This document shows, in pieces, positions 1-7,690 of a stretch of DNA of 8,164 nt (positions are counted from its first letter, which is position 1; every line of letters starts with the position of its first letter). The DNA is from Naegleria gruberi (taxonomy: Eukaryota). Location of the stretch: assembly GCA_000004985.1 (NCBI GenBank), contig GG739086.1; one strand, written 5' to 3'. Position numbers and translations under genes: made by a program. The notes under the pieces are model-generated. The model did no database searches. It was given only the letters and a program-made list of their open reading frames with translations, and had not been told where the DNA came from.

Positions 1-1085
1 TAAAATTCTAGTGATGGCATTGTAATATTTGCTAAATCACAAATAGTATTACACCATTCTGATTTGTTGAAACGATCATTGAGAATAAGGTATTTCAATG
101 AAGGTATGTTTGTAATATTTTGAATAATTGAACCACTAGTTATTTCTAATTTTGTTAAATTACAAAAATTAATATTATTTGGTAATTGAAAACTATATAT
201 GCCATGACCAATAGCAAGTGCTTCAAATTGGTGAGAATATTTTATAATTTCGTTGCATAATTGATTCAAATTTTTGCAAAAAGAAGTATCAATGGAAATT
301 GAAAATTTTTTTAGAAATGGAAATTTTGAAAAATCAAAAGTAGTATTAATTTGTTCTTGGTTATCGCTTGCTACAAATAATTCTTTTAAATTAGAATACG
401 GGATGTCAATGCAAAATAAAAAAGGTGCTATTTTTGCAATATTAAAATATGTATCTATAATAAATGTATCCAATCTAATGTGAACATAATTGCTCAATAA
501 TTTAAGTGATTTCTTTGGATTAATTCCGCTAAACGATACATCACCAAGTGCTAACTCTTTTAATTTTGGTAATTTAAATATATTTTCTATATCACTATAA
601 CTTAATGTGTGACATTTAATATGTAATTTTTTAATATTTGAATAATTTAATAAATTATCAGAAATAGAGCTGAATCCAAGTTTACAAAAACTGCCACTAA
701 AAAATTTGATGCCACTTGTTGCCAATTGTGTTAATTTTTTAGATGATATCATTACTTCTAAAGTGTCTTTAAAATTAGTAATGCCATATAATGTAATTCT
801 TGTAAATAATTGTAAAAACTCATGACTCTCCCCTAATCCGCAACTAAGTAGTTTAGTTGTTTTATCAAAATATCTATTCATAAAGTCTCTATCTAATAGC
901 GATGAAAAGGTTAATTGTCTCCATGCTGAACATACATGAGTAATCCGAATTAAATTATTGGTGTTTAAATAGGAAAAAATTTCTAATAATAAATCGTCTG
1001 GAAGAATATCTGATGATAGTGATGTCCGTTTAAAATATTCAGTATTTGGTTTTCTTTTTCGAAAAAGAGAGAGAAAGTTTGGCAT
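1..1085 (-). CDS. F-box domain protein with degenerate leucine-rich-repeat-like C-terminal region (partial; continues beyond window start)
   Basis: I manually translated the minus strand from the ATG at 1085-1083. The frame stays open for 361 codons down to position 1 with no stop, so the C-terminus lies outside the window. This explains its absence from the ORF track. Residues ~22-57 (SDILPDDLLLEIFSYLNTNNLIRITHVCSAWRQL) match the canonical F-box consensus LPxExLxxIFxxL...VCkxWrxl. Downstream segments such as LPKLKELALGDVSFSG, NLKELFVAS, NLTKLEITSG and IPSLKYLILND look LRR-like. An in-frame upstream stop (plus 1119-1121) leaves 1085 as the first ATG, and the start context is aaaaaaaATGcc. The 69-aa plus ORF at 274-483 is antisense inside this CDS. 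Confidence 0.7.
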   Translation of the reverse strand, partial: MPNFLSLFRKRKPNTEYFKRTSLSSDILPDDLLLEIFSYLNTNNLIRITHVCSAWRQLTFSSLLDRDFMNRYFDKTTKLLSCGLGESHEFLQLFTRITLYGITNFKDTLEVMISSKKLTQLATSGIKFFSGSFCKLGFSSISDNLLNYSNIKKLHIKCHTLSYSDIENIFKLPKLKELALGDVSFSGINPKKSLKLLSNYVHIRLDTFIIDTYFNIAKIAPFLFCIDIPYSNLKELFVASDNQEQINTTFDFSKFPFLKKFSISIDTSFCKNLNQLCNEIIKYSHQFEALAIGHGIYSFQLPNNINFCNLTKLEITSGSIIQNITNIPSLKYLILNDRFNKSEWCNTICDLANITMPSLEF

Positions 1086-1327
1086 TTTTTTTAGCTTTTT
1101 AATAGTGAAAATTACAACCTATTGTTCGTTACAATATTTGACCAAAAGGGTGACAGTTTCATGCGCCAGAAATCGGTAGGTGGATTTTTCAATTCAATAA
1201 AGCAGTATTGACAAAATCAAGTGGCGTTTGTCATCATCTTTCCACCATAGATAATTTTTATTTTCAATTCTAAAAGAAATTTTGCAATTTTTTAAATTTT
1301 TTGAATTTTCAAACAATAAGTCAGAAA
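1086..1327. promoter_or_regulatory. Divergent intergenic/promoter region between the minus F-box gene and the plus gene at 1328
   Basis: This is a 242-bp AT-rich spacer between two divergently oriented start codons. A TATA-like ataatttttatttt lies about 60 bp upstream of ATG 1328. A locally GC-richer island sits at 1148-1183 (gggtgacagtttcatgcgccagaaatcggtaggtgg). There is an inverted repeat TGACAAA(N11)TTTGTCA at 1209-1233. Confidence 0.4.
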
Positions 1328-1936
1328 ATGATTTTCAAAATTTACAACAATTTACAAATACATGTAAATTCAAGATGCAATGTACTCAAATATAGTTCCA
1401 CTGTACTAAACAAATCAATTCACGGTACCACTTTTGAAAAAATCCCCAAATGGTTTTATACGAAAGATTGGACGATTCTCTCAAGCAAAAAAAATACAAC
1501 AACAAACGCAATGATCACAGATGTTGTCTCACCCACCGTGACCATTCACAACAATAACGACACGAAGGATGACTCTAACAAACAGTCGACGAAACCTAAT
1601 GTTGTTTCGGATAGCACAATCACTCCAAACGAAACTAGCAAAAAAACAGGATTGACTGCATCCTCTACCGTAACAACTCTTGATGACATGGAAACGAAAG
1701 TAATTCTAACAAATTTAAAGAATGCTTCGAATGTAAATTATGTAGAAACTCAAAATTGGAAGAAAGGTCTAAAAGGAATTAGACGAAAGAAATATACTTG
1801 GACATTTCTAACAGTTTGTGGATTTGTTGGTGGAGTGATTATTTATACGCATGATTTGATTGTCAAATACATGTTTCAGGGAAGGTTGACTTTGATAAAT
1901 GCATTCGATTCGAATAGTATTTCGGGTTACGTTTAG
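1328..1936 (+). CDS. Hypothetical S/T/N-rich protein with a single C-terminal transmembrane segment (tail-anchored-like topology)
   Basis: The ORF track gives 1301-1936, but the codon at 1301 is TTG (a prokaryotic-style alternative start). The first in-frame ATG is 1328-1330, in the context gaaaATGatt, and an in-frame upstream stop lies at 1271-1273. The ORF is 202 codons, unusually long for DNA this AT-rich, and ends at TAG 1934-1936, 4 nt before the gap. The hydrophobic stretch WTFLTVCGFVGGVIIY is preceded by a basic cluster (GIRRKKY), consistent with a positive-inside rule. The N-terminal ~160 aa are rich in S/T/N/K (low complexity). I recognise no similarity to any known family. Confidence 0.45.
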   Translation: MIFKIYNNLQIHVNSRCNVLKYSSTVLNKSIHGTTFEKIPKWFYTKDWTILSSKKNTTTNAMITDVVSPTVTIHNNNDTKDDSNKQSTKPNVVSDSTITPNETSKKTGLTASSTVTTLDDMETKVILTNLKNASNVNYVETQNWKKGLKGIRRKKYTWTFLTVCGFVGGVIIYTHDLIVKYMFQGRLTLINAFDSNSISGYV

Positions 1937-1940
1937 TTTT

Positions 1941-4900
1941 NNNNNNNNNNNNNNNNNNNNNNNNNNNNNNNNNNNNNNNNNNNNNNNNNNNNNNNNNNNN
2001 NNNNNNNNNNNNNNNNNNNNNNNNNNNNNNNNNNNNNNNNNNNNNNNNNNNNNNNNNNNNNNNNNNNNNNNNNNNNNNNNNNNNNNNNNNNNNNNNNNNN
2101 NNNNNNNNNNNNNNNNNNNNNNNNNNNNNNNNNNNNNNNNNNNNNNNNNNNNNNNNNNNNNNNNNNNNNNNNNNNNNNNNNNNNNNNNNNNNNNNNNNNN
2201 NNNNNNNNNNNNNNNNNNNNNNNNNNNNNNNNNNNNNNNNNNNNNNNNNNNNNNNNNNNNNNNNNNNNNNNNNNNNNNNNNNNNNNNNNNNNNNNNNNNN
2301 NNNNNNNNNNNNNNNNNNNNNNNNNNNNNNNNNNNNNNNNNNNNNNNNNNNNNNNNNNNNNNNNNNNNNNNNNNNNNNNNNNNNNNNNNNNNNNNNNNNN
2401 NNNNNNNNNNNNNNNNNNNNNNNNNNNNNNNNNNNNNNNNNNNNNNNNNNNNNNNNNNNNNNNNNNNNNNNNNNNNNNNNNNNNNNNNNNNNNNNNNNNN
2501 NNNNNNNNNNNNNNNNNNNNNNNNNNNNNNNNNNNNNNNNNNNNNNNNNNNNNNNNNNNNNNNNNNNNNNNNNNNNNNNNNNNNNNNNNNNNNNNNNNNN
2601 NNNNNNNNNNNNNNNNNNNNNNNNNNNNNNNNNNNNNNNNNNNNNNNNNNNNNNNNNNNNNNNNNNNNNNNNNNNNNNNNNNNNNNNNNNNNNNNNNNNN
2701 NNNNNNNNNNNNNNNNNNNNNNNNNNNNNNNNNNNNNNNNNNNNNNNNNNNNNNNNNNNNNNNNNNNNNNNNNNNNNNNNNNNNNNNNNNNNNNNNNNNN
2801 NNNNNNNNNNNNNNNNNNNNNNNNNNNNNNNNNNNNNNNNNNNNNNNNNNNNNNNNNNNNNNNNNNNNNNNNNNNNNNNNNNNNNNNNNNNNNNNNNNNN
2901 NNNNNNNNNNNNNNNNNNNNNNNNNNNNNNNNNNNNNNNNNNNNNNNNNNNNNNNNNNNNNNNNNNNNNNNNNNNNNNNNNNNNNNNNNNNNNNNNNNNN
3001 NNNNNNNNNNNNNNNNNNNNNNNNNNNNNNNNNNNNNNNNNNNNNNNNNNNNNNNNNNNNNNNNNNNNNNNNNNNNNNNNNNNNNNNNNNNNNNNNNNNN
3101 NNNNNNNNNNNNNNNNNNNNNNNNNNNNNNNNNNNNNNNNNNNNNNNNNNNNNNNNNNNNNNNNNNNNNNNNNNNNNNNNNNNNNNNNNNNNNNNNNNNN
3201 NNNNNNNNNNNNNNNNNNNNNNNNNNNNNNNNNNNNNNNNNNNNNNNNNNNNNNNNNNNNNNNNNNNNNNNNNNNNNNNNNNNNNNNNNNNNNNNNNNNN
3301 NNNNNNNNNNNNNNNNNNNNNNNNNNNNNNNNNNNNNNNNNNNNNNNNNNNNNNNNNNNNNNNNNNNNNNNNNNNNNNNNNNNNNNNNNNNNNNNNNNNN
3401 NNNNNNNNNNNNNNNNNNNNNNNNNNNNNNNNNNNNNNNNNNNNNNNNNNNNNNNNNNNNNNNNNNNNNNNNNNNNNNNNNNNNNNNNNNNNNNNNNNNN
3501 NNNNNNNNNNNNNNNNNNNNNNNNNNNNNNNNNNNNNNNNNNNNNNNNNNNNNNNNNNNNNNNNNNNNNNNNNNNNNNNNNNNNNNNNNNNNNNNNNNNN
3601 NNNNNNNNNNNNNNNNNNNNNNNNNNNNNNNNNNNNNNNNNNNNNNNNNNNNNNNNNNNNNNNNNNNNNNNNNNNNNNNNNNNNNNNNNNNNNNNNNNNN
3701 NNNNNNNNNNNNNNNNNNNNNNNNNNNNNNNNNNNNNNNNNNNNNNNNNNNNNNNNNNNNNNNNNNNNNNNNNNNNNNNNNNNNNNNNNNNNNNNNNNNN
3801 NNNNNNNNNNNNNNNNNNNNNNNNNNNNNNNNNNNNNNNNNNNNNNNNNNNNNNNNNNNNNNNNNNNNNNNNNNNNNNNNNNNNNNNNNNNNNNNNNNNN
3901 NNNNNNNNNNNNNNNNNNNNNNNNNNNNNNNNNNNNNNNNNNNNNNNNNNNNNNNNNNNNNNNNNNNNNNNNNNNNNNNNNNNNNNNNNNNNNNNNNNNN
4001 NNNNNNNNNNNNNNNNNNNNNNNNNNNNNNNNNNNNNNNNNNNNNNNNNNNNNNNNNNNNNNNNNNNNNNNNNNNNNNNNNNNNNNNNNNNNNNNNNNNN
4101 NNNNNNNNNNNNNNNNNNNNNNNNNNNNNNNNNNNNNNNNNNNNNNNNNNNNNNNNNNNNNNNNNNNNNNNNNNNNNNNNNNNNNNNNNNNNNNNNNNNN
4201 NNNNNNNNNNNNNNNNNNNNNNNNNNNNNNNNNNNNNNNNNNNNNNNNNNNNNNNNNNNNNNNNNNNNNNNNNNNNNNNNNNNNNNNNNNNNNNNNNNNN
4301 NNNNNNNNNNNNNNNNNNNNNNNNNNNNNNNNNNNNNNNNNNNNNNNNNNNNNNNNNNNNNNNNNNNNNNNNNNNNNNNNNNNNNNNNNNNNNNNNNNNN
4401 NNNNNNNNNNNNNNNNNNNNNNNNNNNNNNNNNNNNNNNNNNNNNNNNNNNNNNNNNNNNNNNNNNNNNNNNNNNNNNNNNNNNNNNNNNNNNNNNNNNN
4501 NNNNNNNNNNNNNNNNNNNNNNNNNNNNNNNNNNNNNNNNNNNNNNNNNNNNNNNNNNNNNNNNNNNNNNNNNNNNNNNNNNNNNNNNNNNNNNNNNNNN
4601 NNNNNNNNNNNNNNNNNNNNNNNNNNNNNNNNNNNNNNNNNNNNNNNNNNNNNNNNNNNNNNNNNNNNNNNNNNNNNNNNNNNNNNNNNNNNNNNNNNNN
4701 NNNNNNNNNNNNNNNNNNNNNNNNNNNNNNNNNNNNNNNNNNNNNNNNNNNNNNNNNNNNNNNNNNNNNNNNNNNNNNNNNNNNNNNNNNNNNNNNNNNN
4801 NNNNNNNNNNNNNNNNNNNNNNNNNNNNNNNNNNNNNNNNNNNNNNNNNNNNNNNNNNNNNNNNNNNNNNNNNNNNNNNNNNNNNNNNNNNNNNNNNNNN

Positions 4901-6665
4901 NNNNNNNNNNNNNNNNNNNNNNNNNNNNNNNNNNNNNNNNNNNNNNNNNNNNNNNNNNNNNNNNNNNNNNNNNNNNNNNNNNNNNNNNNNNNNNNNNNNN
5001 NNNNNNNNNNNNNNNNNNNNNNNNNNNNNNNNNNNNNNNNNNNNNNNNNNNNNNNNNNNNNNNNNNNNNNNNNNNNNNNNNNNNNNNNNNNNNNNNNNNN
5101 NNNNNNNNNNNNNNNNNNNNNNNNNNNNNNNNNNNNNNNNNNNNNNNNNNNNNNNNNNNNNNNNNNNNNNNNNNNNNNNNNNNNNNNNNNNNNNNNNNNN
5201 NNNNNNNNNNNNNNNNNNNNNNNNNNNNNNNNNNNNNNNNNNNNNNNNNNNNNNNNNNNNNNNNNNNNNNNNNNNNNNNNNNNNNNNNNNNNNNNNNNNN
5301 NNNNNNNNNNNNNNNNNNNNNNNNNNNNNNNNNNNNNNNNNNNNNNNNNNNNNNNNNNNNNNNNNNNNNNNNNNNNNNNNNNNNNNNNNNNNNNNNNNNN
5401 NNNNNNNNNNNNNNNNNNNNNNNNNNNNNNNNNNNNNNNNNNNNNNNNNNNNNNNNNNNNNNNNNNNNNNNNNNNNNNNNNNNNNNNNNNNNNNNNNNNN
5501 NNNNNNNNNNNNNNNNNNNNNNNNNNNNNNNNNNNNNNNNNNNNNNNNNNNNNNNNNNNNNNNNNNNNNNNNNNNNNNNNNNNNNNNNNNNNNNNNNNNN
5601 NNNNNNNNNNNNNNNNNNNNNNNNNNNNNNNNNNNNNNNNNNNNNNNNNNNNNNNNNNNNNNNNNNNNNNNNNNNNNNNNNNNNNNNNNNNNNNNNNNNN
5701 NNNNNNNNNNNNNNNNNNNNNNNNNNNNNNNNNNNNNNNNNNNNNNNNNNNNNNNNNNNNNNNNNNNNNNNNNNNNNNNNNNNNNNNNNNNNNNNNNNNN
5801 NNNNNNNNNNNNNNNNNNNNNNNNNNNNNNNNNNNNNNNNNNNNNNNNNNNNNNNNNNNNNNNNNNNNNNNNNNNNNNNNNNNNNNNNNNNNNNNNNNNN
5901 NNNNNNNNNNNNNNNNNNNNNNNNNNNNNNNNNNNNNNNNNNNNNNNNNNNNNNNNNNNNNNNNNNNNNNNNNNNNNNNNNNNNNNNNNNNNNNNNNNNN
6001 NNNNNNNNNNNNNNNNNNNNNNNNNNNNNNNNNNNNNNNNNNNNNNNNNNNNNNNNNNNNNNNNNNNNNNNNNNNNNNNNNNNNNNNNNNNNNNNNNNNN
6101 NNNNNNNNNNNNNNNNNNNNNNNNNNNNNNNNNNNNNNNNNNNNNNNNNNNNNNNNNNNNNNNNNNNNNNNNNNNNNNNNNNNNNNNNNNNNNNNNNNNN
6201 NNNNNNNNNNNNNNNNNNNNNNNNNNNNNNNNNNNNNNNNNNNNNNNNNNNNNNNNNNNNNNNNNNNNNNNNNNNNNNNNNNNNNNNNNNNNNNNNNNNN
6301 NNNNNNNNNNNNNNNNNNNNNNNNNNNNNNNNNNNNNNNNNNNNNNNNNNNNNNNNNNNNNNNNNNNNNNNNNNNNNNNNNNNNNNNNNNNNNNNNNNNN
6401 NNNNNNNNNNNNNNNNNNNNNNNNNNNNNNNNNNNNNNNNNNNNNNNNNNNNNNNNNNNNNNNNNNNNNNNNNNNNNNNNNNNNNNNNNNNNNNNNNNNN
6501 NNNNNNNNNNNNNNNNNNNNNNNNNNNNNNNNNNNNNNNNNNNNNNNNNNNNNNNNNNNNNNNNNNNNNNNNNNNNNNNNNNNNNNNNNNNNNNNNNNNN
6601 NNNNNNNNNNNNNNNNNNNNNNNNNNNNNNNNNNNNNNNNNNNNNNNNNNNNNNNNNNNNNNNNN
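1941..6665. other. Assembly gap (4725 N)
   Basis: An uninterrupted run of n. No biological inference is possible inside it. Confidence 0.97.
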
Positions 6666-7072
6666 TGATAGAGAATTGGAACTTGATCAATCACTAAAGG
6701 CTGATGATTATTATTAGTTGGAGGAAGAATGACAACTTGTTGGGGAGAATTTGTTGAATTGTTATTGTTCACCACATTGTTAGTGTTCATCATCATGGTT
6801 GGAGGTGAAACTCTTTGGATTGGAACAGTTTGTTGGATCGGATGTGGTTGAAGGTTAGGAGAGGTTTGTTGGCCATGCATCATTTGTTGTTGTTGTTGGT
6901 TATTTATCACAATCAGGTTATTATTATTACTATTGGGTGTTAGTGTTCTTGTTGATTGATTCGGAAGAGGAGGTAATTGAGTTGTTTGTTGTTGTGGTTG
7001 AGGTTGTTGAGGATGAGCGTGAGCATAAATCATCCGAACTGGTTGCTGTTGTGGTTGTTGTTGGGGATCCAT
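6666..7072 (-). CDS. Q/N/P-rich low-complexity protein, N-terminal 135 aa only (gene continues into the assembly gap)
   Basis: The minus-strand ATG at 7072-7070 is followed by an open frame up to the gap edge. The product begins MDPQQQPQQQPVRMIYAHAHPQQPQPQQQ and continues with NNNN, QQQQQ and MMM runs. Codon choice is strongly biased (about 30 CAA versus 2 CAG), which supports real coding rather than a random open frame. An in-frame stop lies upstream at plus 7097-7099. The start context (ttctATGgat) is weaker than at the other genes, so the true start could be the second Met (PVRM) or lie in an upstream exon. Confidence 0.55.
6884..6898. repeat. (TTG)5 trinucleotide microsatellite, (CAA)n on the coding strand, within the Q-rich CDS
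   Basis: The sequence tttgttgttgttgttgg is read directly. Further imperfect TTG/GTT-rich stretches lie at 6981-7010 and 7041-7064. On the minus strand these encode the Q runs. Confidence 0.7.
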
Positions 7073-7405
7073 AGAACTAAATAACTTGATGAAAAATCAC
7101 TTGGGCAATTCAACTACAAATGTTGTTGATATTATTAATACTTTTTTTTAGATAGTTAAATTGAAACGTGAGCATGTAATGGATTTGAATTGGAAACAAA
7201 AAGATTTTAGAATCGTGATTGGGGAAAGGAATTGTATTAGGATGATTTAACCTTGTAATACTTTATTAATTGGCTCGATTTATGAATTTGTAAAGAACTT
7301 TTTTGTTGTATTATTCTATTGATATTATTTGATGATGAAATATAATATTAATAATAGGTTGATCGGGTGATGATGAAAAGAAAAATTAATTTCATGATTA
7401 AAAAA
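7073..7405. promoter_or_regulatory. Divergent promoter region shared by the Q-rich gene (minus) and the small charged protein gene (plus)
   Basis: AT-rich sequence lies between the two start codons. ATTGG (an inverted CCAAT box) occurs three times on the plus strand, at 7189-7193, 7218-7222 and 7269-7273. TATA-like tataatattaataata sits about 50-60 bp upstream of ATG 7406. On the minus strand, tattaataata sits about 50 bp upstream of ATG 7072. Confidence 0.4.
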
Positions 7406-7690
7406 ATGTCTTCCAGTGTTGGTAAGAGAGGTCTTTCGGAAAGAGAGCTCCAAAGAAAAGAGGAACAATTAGCAAAGACTTATGGCTATGAAACAGATCT
7501 CACCCACAATGAAGAGTCTGTAGTACAAAAGGAATCTCCAACCACTCCAAAAACTGGTTCTTTTAAGGAATTTCTTGCTAGTATTTCCACTTGTGAAAAG
7601 GGTAGAAAGAAGAGAAAGCCTAATGTTGCTTGCCATGCTCCAGCTAAAACTTTAGATACTGTTGAACCAGTCACTCCAATGACCAAATAA
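7406..7690 (+). CDS. Small (94 aa) highly charged K/R/E-rich protein with a basic NLS-like cluster (KGRKKRKP); likely highly expressed
   Basis: The ORF track starts at 7367, which is GTG. In-frame ATGs lie at 7370, 7373, 7394 and 7406. I favour 7406 (MSSSVGKRG...) because of the aaaaaaATGtct context and because sequence upstream of it is AT-rich and UTR-like, while the optimised codon bias begins after it. A start at 7370 cannot be excluded. The stop is TAA at 7688-7690. Codon usage is strongly optimised (AGA, GGT, AAG, GCT, CCA, TCT, ACT, GTT) and differs clearly from the AT3-rich codons of the neighbouring F-box gene. The 66-aa minus ORF at 7486-7686 is antisense to this gene and I dismiss it. 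Confidence 0.6.
   Translation: MSSSVGKRGLSERELQRKEEQLAKTYGYETDLTHNEESVVQKESPTTPKTGSFKEFLASISTCEKGRKKRKPNVACHAPAKTLDTVEPVTPMTK

Noticed and set aside
274-483. 69-aa plus-strand ORF
   Set aside because: It lies entirely inside, and antisense to, the well-supported F-box CDS, and has low-complexity AT-driven content. A chance antisense ORF.
1301-1327. TTG start for the plus ORF and GTG start at 7367
   Set aside because: These are prokaryotic-style alternative starts used by the ORF caller. The locus is eukaryotic, so the first in-frame ATGs (1328; 7370/7406) are used instead.
1808-7072. 1754-aa minus-strand ORF, plus the 1589-aa ORF at 1899-6668 (+) and the 1585-aa ORF at 1933-6690 (-)
   Set aside because: These ORFs consist almost entirely of X translated from the 4725-nt N gap. 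Frame continuity across an estimated-length gap is meaningless. Only the real flanks (6666-7072 and, doubtfully, 1808-1940) carry information.
7486-7686. 66-aa minus-strand ORF
   Set aside because: It is antisense to the codon-optimised small-protein gene and has no independent support.
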